From IMG/VR virus record IMGVR_UViG_3300032074_000006, positions 1 to 44,966 of that record: a stretch of 44,966 nucleotides of DNA; one strand, given 5' to 3'. Made by a program: the position numbers and the translations under genes. Below are positions 1 through 9,544 of the stretch, in pieces. The notes beneath the pieces were generated by a model, which did not search any database, was not told the DNA's origin, and saw only the letters and a program-made list of their open reading frames with translations. The stretch comes from a virus. Taxonomy: Duplodnaviria > Caudoviricetes. Positions within the stretch are counted from its first letter, which is position 1. Every line of letters starts with the position of its first letter.

Positions 1-244
1 CCCTTGAGGGCAAGACTGGCGGCTGGAAGCCTTGGAGGGACAACAGCGGTTCCAATGTCTACAACCACGAGCAGTCTCGTGAGCTGACTGACTGGATGCG
101 CGCCAACGGATACGGCAAGGTCATCGTCGATGACGCCGCCGAATCCGGCATGTTCTCCTACATCGCCCTGCCTGAGATGATTGCGCACAACACTGATGTT
201 GTGAAGGCGTACAAGAAGGCGTATAAGGCGGCGTCCAAGCCGCA
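1..244. repeat. Terminal direct overlap (copy 1), matches 44723-44966
   Basis: 1-244 reads the same as 44723-44966 except C128 vs T44850; the reading frame of the giant gene continues across the join, so this is most simply a circular-assembly overlap. Confidence 0.93.
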
Positions 245-2429
245 GGTTCCGTCTGGCGCTGCCCTCACCAAGCACATTGTTGATGACCCGCGTTACGCAC
301 GGTTGCAGCAGGAGCTTGAGCTTTACAACATTGATGAGGCCGGCAATAAGCTACTGCCTCACGAGACGGAAGCTCTGCGGGCTGCGCGGGCACGTATGGC
401 TGAGCGGTACGTGTCGGACGTTGCGGCGGCGGTGACCGGCAAGAACGGGGAGATTGATCCCGAACTTGCGGCCATGCTGTTGCGCGGTGAGCTGCCCGAC
501 GCGAACGACCTTCGCCGGCTCGGCAGTGACAAGCTGCCCCCGCACGCAATCAAGGCGCAGTACGGTCCGCTCACTGAGGGGCCGATCAATGGTGTCTTCG
601 ACGGCGCTACCGTGGCTCTGCGGAAGGGCTACGACTTTGTGGTCACCCGCCCGCAGCGGGCACTGATTCGCACTCCCCTGTTCACGCAGTTCTTCGTCAA
701 GGCGTCCAAGCAGACGGACCTCATGGCAAAGGAGCTTATCGAGAAGCACGGGTGGGAACCGGCTGCCGCTAACGAAATGGCGTTTAAGAACGCCGAGAAG
801 GCTGCGCTCAACGAGCTTATCAAGCTGGTGGACAACCCCAAGGTTGCATCGCAGTTCTCTGCAATGAATCGCAACTGGTGGTCGTTCTTCCGTGCCCAAG
901 AGGATTGGGTGCGTCGTTACGGTCGGGCCGTCAAGGCCGATCCGGTGCTGATCCAGAAGGCGCACCTGGCAATCATGGGCGCTGAGGACGCGGGCATTCT
1001 TGACCGCGACGGGGACGGCAACCTGATCCTGACCTATCCCGGTTCGGGTGCGGTCACCGAGGCGCTACTGCATGTTGGTGCATTCCTGGGCATTACCGAT
1101 CCGGTGATGATCCCTTCGGTGCCTGACCTGACGACCCGGCTCACGTTCATCAACCCGTCACTGAATAACCCGTGGGGCTACTCGTCTACCCCGCTGGTGT
1201 CGATCCCCTGGAAGGTAATTTCCACGCTCGCTCCGGGCGGGGAACTTCTGGATCAGGTAGTGGACGAGCGGATCAACGGGCAGTTGGGTGCTGGCCGTAA
1301 GTGGTGGGAGACGTTGCTTCCCTCCCCGATCTCGCGGGTTGCGCAGATCGCGTCTGGCGATTGGGATAACACGGGCTCGATGGTGGGCGGTGCCACCGCT
1401 ACGGCGATGGTGCACATGGCGCTGAATGGCAGCTTGGAGAAGTACGGCGACACCAAGGATGACCGGGCGCGGGCCATTGCCGATCTACAGCAGCAGTCAC
1501 GCAACGTGCTGGGCATCCGCGCTTTCATGGCGCTGTTCGCCCCGGGTGCGCCCGGCATGCCACAGATCGGTGAGGACGACGCCGTTCAGCCTGACCCCTC
1601 CTACCAGAATGCGGGCATTCAGACCCTCAAGTCTGAGTTCGATGCAATGGTGCGCCGTATGGGTGTCGGCCCCGCCTACACGCTGTGGGCGGAGCTTCAT
1701 CCCGAGGCGTCGGTGTTCACGGATGCGCGGCGCACCGAGAGTGCGCCGTCTGCCCGTACGCCGGCCACCATGAGTTCCGCGCAGTACATCGTGGACAACA
1801 AGGAGTTTTTCACCGGCAAGTACAAGGCTATCGCCCCGTACTTCCTGCCGGAAACTCCGGGCGAGTTCAGCGGTATTGCGTGGCGGACGATGACTGAGCT
1901 TGGGGTGCGGGAGTACCGCGACCTCGATTCGATGTTCATTGACCTCGTGAACGCTAATGGTGTGAACGTCTGGTACAAGAAGAAGGACCAGAGCGACGCG
2001 GCCATTGCGCAGGCTCGGGTGACCGGCGACTCGGATAAGGTCAAGCAGTTGCAGGCGGCGTGGAAGGAAACAGCCGCCAATCTCAAGGTGCGTTATCCGA
2101 CGCTGGATGACTACTTCGACCAGGGTGCGGCGCGTAAGCGTGCGCGCATGGATGCAATCGAACGCCTAGAGGAACTTGCCGCTGACCCGAATGCGCCGGC
2201 CGATGTGCTCAATCAGCTCGCCGGCGTGACCGATATGTTGCAGGTGTACCGCGAATACAACGCCCGCGTCGCGGACCTTGGTACGTCGCGGACGGATGCG
2301 ACTACGGCGGAAAAGGCAAACCTCCGGGTGGCCTATCACGACACCATGAAGGAACTGATCCATAAGTATCCCTCGATTGAGGACGTTTATAACGGCGTCT
2401 TCCGGTCGATGGTCGAACAGGAGAACTAA
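1..2429 (+). CDS. C-terminal part of giant internal virion/ejection protein (continues from 40984)
   Basis: The 777-aa track ORF (96-2429) is in frame with the open frame running from 40984 to the window end; joined length 6168 nt = 2055 aa; located between portal and scaffold. Confidence 0.8.
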   Translation, partial: LEGKTGGWKPWRDNSGSNVYNHEQSRELTDWMRANGYGKVIVDDAAESGMFSYIALPEMIAHNTDVVKAYKKAYKAASKPQVPSGAALTKHIVDDPRYARLQQELELYNIDEAGNKLLPHETEALRAARARMAERYVSDVAAAVTGKNGEIDPELAAMLLRGELPDANDLRRLGSDKLPPHAIKAQYGPLTEGPINGVFDGATVALRKGYDFVVTRPQRALIRTPLFTQFFVKASKQTDLMAKELIEKHGWEPAAANEMAFKNAEKAALNELIKLVDNPKVASQFSAMNRNWWSFFRAQEDWVRRYGRAVKADPVLIQKAHLAIMGAEDAGILDRDGDGNLILTYPGSGAVTEALLHVGAFLGITDPVMIPSVPDLTTRLTFINPSLNNPWGYSSTPLVSIPWKVISTLAPGGELLDQVVDERINGQLGAGRKWWETLLPSPISRVAQIASGDWDNTGSMVGGATATAMVHMALNGSLEKYGDTKDDRARAIADLQQQSRNVLGIRAFMALFAPGAPGMPQIGEDDAVQPDPSYQNAGIQTLKSEFDAMVRRMGVGPAYTLWAELHPEASVFTDARRTESAPSARTPATMSSAQYIVDNKEFFTGKYKAIAPYFLPETPGEFSGIAWRTMTELGVREYRDLDSMFIDLVNANGVNVWYKKKDQSDAAIAQARVTGDSDKVKQLQAAWKETAANLKVRYPTLDDYFDQGAARKRARMDAIERLEELAADPNAPADVLNQLAGVTDMLQVYREYNARVADLGTSRTDATTAEKANLRVAYHDTMKELIHKYPSIEDVYNGVFRSMVEQEN

Positions 2430-2432
2430 GCG

Positions 2433-3350
2433 ATGACGAGTCCCGGTAGTTGGTTCGGTGGCTTCCTCAATGATTCGACTAGCGGGAAGCCGCCAACCAC
2501 TCCGGGCTCGTCTAGCGGACCCGTGCCTAAGAACAAGCCTGGCCTGCCCAATGTGGTGGGCGGTGCTGCGGGTGCGGCTACCCGTGCGCCCGTCATTACG
2601 CAGGAGGCCAGCAAGACCGGCCAGGTTCTTTATGACGCGCTCGACATGCCGAAAGAGTGGGCGGATGACGCGTTCACGATGGGCACCAACGATCAGGGTC
2701 AGCTCCTCCGCATGACCGTGGGGGCTGGCCTTGAGTGGTTCCGCAATATGTCGGTGAAGAATCGGGATGACTACAACGCTTGGCTGGTCAAGTTGTACGA
2801 CGCCGGCTACTTGTCCGAGAAGGATCTGCGGTTCGGCGCGTACACGTCCACGGCCGGGCAGGCGTTCGTTGAGGCCGCGTATGACACGGCGATGATGAAC
2901 CTCGACCCGGAGAACGGCGGCGGGGTCGTTTCGCTGGGCGACAACTTGCAGCACATCGCTGACGGTGCCGCCGCTATGGGCGGTCCGGGTGGCGGGGCAA
3001 AGGCCCCGGTGCGTGTCGATCAGCAGTTGGACGACGAGACGCTTAAGCAGTCGCTGCGGGATACGTCGCGCAATCTGTTGGGCCGGGCATTGACCGACAG
3101 CGAGGAGGCGTCCCTTGTGGGGCGGTTCCGTTCTGTGGAGTCGGCGTGGAACGACCAGAGTTGGAATGCGCAGCAGCACGGCGGCACGGTGAACAGCGCG
3201 CCCAAGCCTGACGCAATAGGTGAGGACGCTATCAAGGAAGGCCCGTTGGGAACTGAGCGTGCCGCTCAGCAGCTCGGCGGTTATGCCGGCGTGCTGATGA
3301 ACATGGTTGGCCTCAGCGGCGCTACGTCTATCGGAGGAACCCTTGGCTAA
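2433..3350 (+). CDS. Putative internal virion protein
   Basis: 305-aa ORF tightly packed in the virion operon; Gly/Ala-rich, helical; function inferred from position only. Confidence 0.6.
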   Translation: MTSPGSWFGGFLNDSTSGKPPTTPGSSSGPVPKNKPGLPNVVGGAAGAATRAPVITQEASKTGQVLYDALDMPKEWADDAFTMGTNDQGQLLRMTVGAGLEWFRNMSVKNRDDYNAWLVKLYDAGYLSEKDLRFGAYTSTAGQAFVEAAYDTAMMNLDPENGGGVVSLGDNLQHIADGAAAMGGPGGGAKAPVRVDQQLDDETLKQSLRDTSRNLLGRALTDSEEASLVGRFRSVESAWNDQSWNAQQHGGTVNSAPKPDAIGEDAIKEGPLGTERAAQQLGGYAGVLMNMVGLSGATSIGGTLG

Positions 3351-4194
3351 CGTGGGGTCGGGCGCTGCCGTCGCAGCGAAGTGGTTTCCGCAAACGGTGA
3401 TTGTCGCCCCGCGCCAAAAGACCACGGTCGGTTCGGCTGCCGTTCTGCCGTCCCATTTCCGCGCCTCCAACATCGAGAACGACGTGCCGGTGGTTGGCGT
3501 CCCGAATCCTTATGGTGTGGGCGCGTCGGCGTACGAACCGGAGACGGAGCTGTACGACCCGGGTGTGGACAATCCGTTGCTCAAGGGTTGGGACGACGCG
3601 TACAACGCGGTGCAGCGGTCCCGCGCTAAGGAGCGGGCGGCGCAAGCCGGCACCACGGAGATTCCTGCCGACACTGTAATAGGTTCCGACGCCCACGGGC
3701 CGATGGTCAAGGGCTCGGCTGCCGCCGTCATCGCCGCAGCTAAAACAATGCTGGGCAAGCCGTACATCTGGGGCGGCACCACGTCACGAGGCGTCGATTG
3801 CTCGGGCCTCCTGTACCTGGCCTTTAACCAGGCCGGTATTCCGATGAGGCGGTTTGTTGCCAGCGAGTACGGCAAGATGGGCCAGCAGGTCAGCGCACAC
3901 GATGCGCGCCCTGGCGATGTTGTCTACTGGGACGAAAAGGGCCCCGTCGATCACGTCGGTATCTACCTGGGCAACGGCATGGTCATTCAGTCCCCGCAGT
4001 CCGGGGACGTTACGAAGATCAGCCGCGTGTGGGGTAATCCCACCTACCGCCGCATTCTCAACGATTCCGCGTTCGGCAAGCAGGCCACGCCTTCGGGGCA
4101 GCCGGTCGTCTCATACAGGGGCCAGGTCGCTACCGGCGCTGCCGCTGCCGCTATCGGCGTCGCATCACCCGTTCACCTTTCAGGGGGGAGTTAA
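3343..4194 (+). CDS. NlpC/P60 (C40) peptidoglycan hydrolase, probably virion-associated
   Basis: PYIWGG...DCSGL...GDVVYW...HVGIYLGNG motifs; GGAGGA RBS before TTG 3343. Confidence 0.9.
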   Translation: MANVGSGAAVAAKWFPQTVIVAPRQKTTVGSAAVLPSHFRASNIENDVPVVGVPNPYGVGASAYEPETELYDPGVDNPLLKGWDDAYNAVQRSRAKERAAQAGTTEIPADTVIGSDAHGPMVKGSAAAVIAAAKTMLGKPYIWGGTTSRGVDCSGLLYLAFNQAGIPMRRFVASEYGKMGQQVSAHDARPGDVVYWDEKGPVDHVGIYLGNGMVIQSPQSGDVTKISRVWGNPTYRRILNDSAFGKQATPSGQPVVSYRGQVATGAAAAAIGVASPVHLSGGS

Positions 4195-4197
4195 CCC

Positions 4198-5046
4198 GTG
4201 GCACTAGACCTGGCTACCGCTATGACGCAGTACGGCTATGTGTCTGAGCTGGCTAAGACGAACCCCGAGATTCAGGCAAAGCTCAATCAGGCCGTCGCTG
4301 AGGAATGGGATTCGGCCCGGTTCGACCGGGAGATTCGCAGCACCCAATGGTTCCAGTCGCGCACTGAGCAGCAGCGGCAGATCGCGGTACAGAAGGCCAC
4401 CGACCCGGCCACGTACAACAACACCCTTCTGCAAAAGCAGAACGAGGTCTATCTTGCCGCGAACCGCATGGGCCTCTCCGGGGTCAATGCGTGGGAGGTG
4501 GCGACCCTCGCACTTGAGAACGGCTGGTCCGACAACGTTCTGCAAGGGTGGCTGGCCGATAAGTACAGGGCAGCCACTACCGCCTCCGGTGGTTGGACTG
4601 GCAGTGCCGGCGAGATTGAGTCACACATTCGGCAGACCTGGGCGGACTACGGCCTCACCATTTCGGACGCCACGGTCGGCACGTACACGACGGCTGTTCT
4701 CGCTGGGCGTAACACGCTGGGCGGTGTGGACAACGAGGCCCGTAACTATGCGAAGGCGGCGTATCCGCCGTTCGCGCAGCAGCTCGACTCCGGGCTGAAC
4801 ATGCAGCAGATCGCGGACCCGTACATGCAGACAATGGCGAACACGCTGGAACTGTCGGCTACTTCGGTGAAGCTCAGTGACCCGGCTATCAAGCGGGCAT
4901 TGCAGGGCACGGACGGTAAGCCTCTCGCCATGTGGGACTTTGAGCGCCAGCTTAAGGACGATGCTCGCTGGCAGGAAACGAAGCAGGCGAAGAATGAAAC
5001 GTACTCCGTGCTACAGCAGGTCGGTAAGGATTGGGGCTTCCTGTGA
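4198..5046 (+). CDS. Putative internal virion protein
   Basis: 282-aa ORF, GGGGGAG RBS, GTGA overlap with next gene; position in ejection-protein block. Confidence 0.6.
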   Translation: MALDLATAMTQYGYVSELAKTNPEIQAKLNQAVAEEWDSARFDREIRSTQWFQSRTEQQRQIAVQKATDPATYNNTLLQKQNEVYLAANRMGLSGVNAWEVATLALENGWSDNVLQGWLADKYRAATTASGGWTGSAGEIESHIRQTWADYGLTISDATVGTYTTAVLAGRNTLGGVDNEARNYAKAAYPPFAQQLDSGLNMQQIADPYMQTMANTLELSATSVKLSDPAIKRALQGTDGKPLAMWDFERQLKDDARWQETKQAKNETYSVLQQVGKDWGFL

Positions 5047-5870
5047 CTTCCCCGGTTAGTTCCTCCGCACGGCAAATCCTTGCCGACCAGCTTCGGCAGT
5101 GGGGCCTCGATGAGTTGTCTACTGACCTAGACAAGCTGATCAAGGATGGGCTCGACGCGCCGGCTATCACTATTCAGCTACAGCAGACGCAGGCGTACAA
5201 GGATCGTTTCGCCGCTAACGAGGTTCGCCGTCAGAAGGGGCTGCCGGTCCTGGCACCGGCTGAGTACATTGCCACCGAACAAGCTTATCAGCAGGTGCTC
5301 CGCTCGTATGGCCTGCCCACTTCTTTCTATGACGACCGTTCGGATTTCCACCAGTTCATCGGCAACGACGTTGCCCCGGACGAGCTGAATAACCGTGCGC
5401 AGATTGCGCAGCAGGTGTGGCTCAGCAACGACGAGGCGACTCGTGACACGTGGCGCAGCTTCTATGGACTGTCCGATGGGGCGGCTATCGCTTCCATTCT
5501 GGACCCGGACAAGGCGCTTCCCATTGTGCAGCGCATGGCTAATGCTGCCCGCTTCGGCGGGGATGCCGCCCGTCAGGGATTGACGGCGGACAAGGGCCGG
5601 CTTGAGCAGTACAGCGACCTTGGGGTTACTGAGGCGCAGGCCAACCAGGCGTTCGGTCGGATCGCGGCTACCAAGCCGGCTGACGACAGGATCGCGCAAC
5701 GCTTCGGCACTGAATTGACTCAGGCTGAGCGTGAGCGCGAGGAGCTACTTGGTAACGCCGCTGCCGCCAACAAGCGTTCCTCCCTTTATCAGAGTGAGTC
5801 GGCGCTGTTCCAGGGCAAGGCGTCTGCCGGCGACGCGGCGCTACAGCGCACGAAGGCGGGGAGTTTCTAA
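5043..5870 (+). CDS. Putative internal virion protein
   Basis: GTG start coupled to upstream TGA; helical Gln/Ala-rich protein directly before the scaffold region. Confidence 0.6.
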   Translation: MTSPVSSSARQILADQLRQWGLDELSTDLDKLIKDGLDAPAITIQLQQTQAYKDRFAANEVRRQKGLPVLAPAEYIATEQAYQQVLRSYGLPTSFYDDRSDFHQFIGNDVAPDELNNRAQIAQQVWLSNDEATRDTWRSFYGLSDGAAIASILDPDKALPIVQRMANAARFGGDAARQGLTADKGRLEQYSDLGVTEAQANQAFGRIAATKPADDRIAQRFGTELTQAEREREELLGNAAAANKRSSLYQSESALFQGKASAGDAALQRTKAGSF

Positions 5871-6178
5871 TGGCCGACGACATTACTGACGGTATCGCGG
5901 ACGCGATCATCGGCGCGGTGTTCCTCTTCCACAAGGTCACTAAGGCCACCGCTGGAGCGTACGACGCGACAACCAGTGTGATGCACGGCAGGGGCCTCCC
6001 TATTGATGTGACCCCTAAGCCGGGCACTAAGCCGTTCCAGATGGACCCGCGCGACGCCGACATTAAGCGGGCTCCGGTGCACCGGCTGCCGTCTTCGCAG
6101 CGGCGTCCGATGAATGACGCGCAGACAACTGAGCAGTACCGGCAACAGTCGGCGCAAGAAGATCCCGGCACCAACTAG
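5870..6178 (+). CDS. Hypothetical protein
   Basis: TAATG coupling with upstream gene and GGGGAG RBS; no recognisable motif. Confidence 0.45.
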   Translation: MADDITDGIADAIIGAVFLFHKVTKATAGAYDATTSVMHGRGLPIDVTPKPGTKPFQMDPRDADIKRAPVHRLPSSQRRPMNDAQTTEQYRQQSAQEDPGTN

Positions 6179-6223
6179 CAGTAAGGGCGGCGGAGGCTCG
6201 ATACCTCCGCCGTTCACTCCGTA

Positions 6224-6330
6224 CACAGATCGACCGGCCCTGTGACGCGTATTAGACCGGGAAGTGGGAGCGAGACACGGTACCCCTGCCGTGAATTAGG
6301 CCCGCGCTTACAAAGAAGATAAGGGTGTAT
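6224..6330 (+). ncRNA. Candidate structured cis-regulatory leader of scaffold gene
   Basis: Stem cacag/ctgtg with loop CCGG able to pair with CCGG 6257-6260; second domain gtggg/cccgc enclosing cacggta-CCCC-tgccgtg. Confidence 0.45.
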
Positions 6331-6335
6331 TACCA

Positions 6336-6800
6336 ATGTCCAGTTTCGACAATGACCTTTTTAATGATGACCCCAACGACAGTGACCTGATCAAGAGTCT
6401 GCGTAAGGCTCTCAAGGATGCTGCCAAGACCATCAAGGAAAAGGACGACGTTCTCTCGGGTTACTCCAAGAAGGAGCGTGCCGCTTCCCTCGCAGACGTG
6501 TTGAGGGAGAAGGGGCTCGACAACCCCAAGGTGACCAAGCTTTATCCGGCGGACGCCGACACCACCCCTGAGGCGGTTGATGCGTGGCTGACTGAGTTCG
6601 GTGACCTGTTCGGGATCAACCGGCAGGAGTCGGTTGCGGACACGGAAACGCAGGCGGCGGCGCGACAGATCACTAACGCGTCCGCGAATGCGCCGGCTGG
6701 CAACGCGTCGTTTGACGTGAGTGCGCTCGTGGCCGAAATCCAGAACGCGAAGAACGACACGGAACTGGCTGCGGCCTATGCAAAGGCCGGGATGAAGTAA
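6336..6800 (+). CDS. Capsid scaffolding protein
   Basis: 154 aa, acidic N-terminus and coiled coil (LIKSLRKALKDAAK), immediately upstream of major capsid gene. Confidence 0.8.
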   Translation: MSSFDNDLFNDDPNDSDLIKSLRKALKDAAKTIKEKDDVLSGYSKKERAASLADVLREKGLDNPKVTKLYPADADTTPEAVDAWLTEFGDLFGINRQESVADTETQAAARQITNASANAPAGNASFDVSALVAEIQNAKNDTELAAAYAKAGMK

Positions 6801-6870
6801 GCCTCAGGCTTACTCCCGGTATTTCCCCATTTCCTGTAATACACGAAATAGAAAGGAGGGTTGATCCAAC

Positions 6871-7818
6871 ATGGCACAGATGACTGTTGACCCGGTTAAC
6901 TTCCACGACAGTACCGCCTGGTCCCTGCTGATTACCAACGCCTACGACAAGGCTGTTGAGTTTAAGCGTTGGGAGCAGCCGCTCTTTAACCAGTTCTTTA
7001 ACAAGAAGGTTGTCAGCCCGACGAACGAGAGCAACACGTTCGTCTTCACCCTGCACAACAACTTCGCTGCCTCTACCACTCCCCTGGCTGAGACGACCTC
7101 TCCGTCTGCGCTTGCCGCGCCGACGCCTGAGCGCGTGTCTGTCACTGTGGCTGAGTACGGCGCTTACGCCGTGGACACGATCAAGCTTGAGAAGATCGCG
7201 TTTACGCAGCCGAACAAGGAACTGGTTGCGCTACTTGCCCGTCAGCAGGGTGACACGCTGGACAAGCTGGCGCTCAACGTTGTTGACGCGAGCACCAACA
7301 TTCAGCGTTCGGCTGGCCGTGCAACCGATGTGGCTATCACTGCGGCTGACGTGTTTAACGCGGCCGAGGCCCGTAAGGCTCGGACCCGCATGGACCGCAC
7401 TCTGAACCAGCCGCTCGGCGGCGGGTCTGAGTATGTGGTTGTGGCTCATCCCGATCAGCTCTTCGATCTGAAGAGTGAGGCAGGGGCCAATGTTTGGAGC
7501 ACGCCGCATGTTTATCAGGACACCAAGAACATCTATTCTGGTGAGGTTGGGTCGTATATGGGTCTGCGCTTTGTGCAGTCTACTCGTGCGACCATTAACA
7601 CTGGTGTCGGTGCCGGTGGCATCAACGTCTACAACGCCTATGTCTTCGCGGACCAGGCTGTTGCTGAGGTTGAGCTGATTTCCCCGACCGTCGTCATCGG
7701 CCCCCAGGTCGATCCCCTGCGGCGCTTTAACACGATCGGTTGGAAGACCATGTGGGGCGCTTCGCTGTTCCGCCCCGAGGCGCTGCTCAAGATCCGTACC
7801 AGCACCTCGTTCGTCTGA
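6871..7818 (+). CDS. Major capsid protein (N4-gp56-like, HK97 fold)
   Basis: 315 aa, strong AAAGGAGG RBS; motifs VTVAEYG, VAHPDQLFDLK, GEVGSYMGLRFV, DPLRRFNTIGWK; followed by terminator. Confidence 0.9.
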   Translation: MAQMTVDPVNFHDSTAWSLLITNAYDKAVEFKRWEQPLFNQFFNKKVVSPTNESNTFVFTLHNNFAASTTPLAETTSPSALAAPTPERVSVTVAEYGAYAVDTIKLEKIAFTQPNKELVALLARQQGDTLDKLALNVVDASTNIQRSAGRATDVAITAADVFNAAEARKARTRMDRTLNQPLGGGSEYVVVAHPDQLFDLKSEAGANVWSTPHVYQDTKNIYSGEVGSYMGLRFVQSTRATINTGVGAGGINVYNAYVFADQAVAEVELISPTVVIGPQVDPLRRFNTIGWKTMWGASLFRPEALLKIRTSTSFV

Positions 7819-7843
7819 CCCTAACTGAATAGCTCCGACTAAT

Positions 7844-7888
7844 CGCCCGTCCCTTCCCCCCTACTCCGGGGAGGGGGCGGGCGCTTTA
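7844..7888 (+). terminator. Intrinsic terminator after capsid gene
   Basis: cgcccgtcccttcccc-ctactcc-ggggagggggcgggcg followed by cttt. Confidence 0.75.
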
Positions 7889-7922
7889 GGCGGTAGAAGG
7901 CCATTACAGTGAGGGAGCGTCC

Positions 7923-8348
7923 GTGACGTACGACAAGCAGACCTGGCAGGACGGTCGTAACGGCGGCACTCCGTTGACGGCTGCCCGGCTGAATCATATT
8001 GAGGACGGCGTTGACGCCGCGCACGCCGACTTGGGTGGGCGCCTTTCGGACGCCGCACTGAGCGCAACCTTCGTGCCGTTTAAGCAACTGGCGTTAAACC
8101 CCGACCTGCTCATCGTCGGCACGATCACCCGCGACGCCAACGGCGCGGCCACCAGCGCCCCCGTCGTCTGGCCCGACGGATCCCCCGGCACCTACACCGC
8201 GACCACGGTAAGTACGGCCTTCCCCGGCGCTATCGACGCCTACACCATCACCTACGGGAGTCCCGTGACCAAGACGTACACGCAGCCCGCCGTCACGCGG
8301 GATGCCTCTGGTGCTGTCACCGCCCGCCCCGCGCTGGTCGTGTCCTGA
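7923..8348 (+). CDS. Tail appendage anchor/adaptor protein
   Basis: N-terminal ~53 aa paralogous to 9928 ORF (YD.Q.W.DG..GGTPL.AARL.H.E.G...GRLSDAAL.A.FVPF); short beta-rich C-terminus. Confidence 0.65.
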   Translation: MTYDKQTWQDGRNGGTPLTAARLNHIEDGVDAAHADLGGRLSDAALSATFVPFKQLALNPDLLIVGTITRDANGAATSAPVVWPDGSPGTYTATTVSTAFPGAIDAYTITYGSPVTKTYTQPAVTRDASGAVTARPALVVS

Positions 8349-9478
8349 TGGGCATTCTTGACGCACCGGCCCTGAACAGGCAGCAGGGTGACGCCCGGTA
8401 CTTGAGTCAGTCGGCCGCCGATGGTCGGTATATGTCCGGTGCACTATCACCGCTGTACGGCTTCCATTCCAAGCTCGCCCTTGCGCAGACGCAGCGGTGC
8501 GAGGTGCTAATGGTCGGCGACTCCATCATGGAGGGTCAGGGTGCGCCGAATCCTTCGTCTCGCTGGATTACCCTGGCGCAGACCCTGATCCAGTCTCGCT
8601 ACGGCCCCGGACCTGCGGGGGCCGGCTTCTACCCTGCCTCCTTCGCAGTCAACGACGGCACGACCGCGTGGGCCGACCGTTGGATTTACAGCGGTGACCG
8701 GGGGGCTAACAGCTTCGGCCTCGGCTGGCGGGGCGTCCAACTCCGCATCAACGGCACCGGCAACGGTTCGGCCACCATTACCAAGACCTGTACGTCGTTT
8801 AAGCTGTACGCCACGCGGCAGGCTGCCGACGCCATGACCATCACCATTGACGGCGGCGCTCCGGCGACATGGACTATGGCCACGAGCGGTGCCGTTCAGC
8901 AGTCGTGGACCTCTCCGGCGCTTACCGCCGGTAGTCACACCGTCGTCGTTACGGCGTCGGCTGGTGGGCCTGTGTTTACCGGGGGGTTCTTCTATAACGG
9001 GGACGAGACGGCGGGCGTCAGCCTGTGGGACGCCTCCCGCTCCGGGGCGAAGTTCTCCGACTTCATCACCAACACGGACTGGTACGGCTACCTGCCGCTG
9101 ATCAACCCGTCGCTTGTGGTCCTGGGATGCGGCACGAATGACGCCCGCACCAGCAGTGGCGGCTACTCCTCCGCCACCTACAAGGCCAACGCCCTGTCCG
9201 TGGTCGGCAGCATCCGGGCGAAGATTGCCACGGTGCCGATCCTGCTGATGCCGCCGTACAAACCGCTCGGGACACTCATCGAGCCGTGGGCCAACTACAC
9301 GGGGGCCCTCCGCGAGATCGCGGACGCGACGTCGTACACCGCGCTCTACGACATGAGTGCACGCATCCCCGATCTCACCAGCGACCCGTACAGCTTCCTG
9401 ATCGACACCGTGCACCCCACCGCCCGGGGGCACGCGATGCTCGCCCGACTTTCGTTGGCAGCCCTAGAGCCGCGCTAA
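8348..9478 (+). CDS. SGNH/GDSL hydrolase, probable tail spike esterase
   Basis: Blocks GDS, SRSG, GTND, DTVHP all present; TGATG coupling to anchor gene. Confidence 0.85.
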   Translation: MGILDAPALNRQQGDARYLSQSAADGRYMSGALSPLYGFHSKLALAQTQRCEVLMVGDSIMEGQGAPNPSSRWITLAQTLIQSRYGPGPAGAGFYPASFAVNDGTTAWADRWIYSGDRGANSFGLGWRGVQLRINGTGNGSATITKTCTSFKLYATRQAADAMTITIDGGAPATWTMATSGAVQQSWTSPALTAGSHTVVVTASAGGPVFTGGFFYNGDETAGVSLWDASRSGAKFSDFITNTDWYGYLPLINPSLVVLGCGTNDARTSSGGYSSATYKANALSVVGSIRAKIATVPILLMPPYKPLGTLIEPWANYTGALREIADATSYTALYDMSARIPDLTSDPYSFLIDTVHPTARGHAMLARLSLAALEPR

Positions 9479-9544
9479 AGCCCTAAGGGGGCCGCTTCGG
9501 GTTGGCCCGAATAACTTTCTCGTCTGCGCATATAGGAGCGCCGT

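Noticed and set aside
1-244. Physical direct terminal repeat of the virion DNA
   Set aside because: Falls mid-gene; real termini are more plausibly in the non-coding 34.8-35.6 kb region
96-2429. 777-aa ORF as an independent gene starting at ATG 96
   Set aside because: Frame is open upstream through the circular join to GTG 40984; ATG 96 lies inside the ART-like domain
6111-6220. Possible tRNA or tmRNA gene
   Set aside because: Only a T-loop-like hairpin; no D-arm, anticodon arm or CCA could be built
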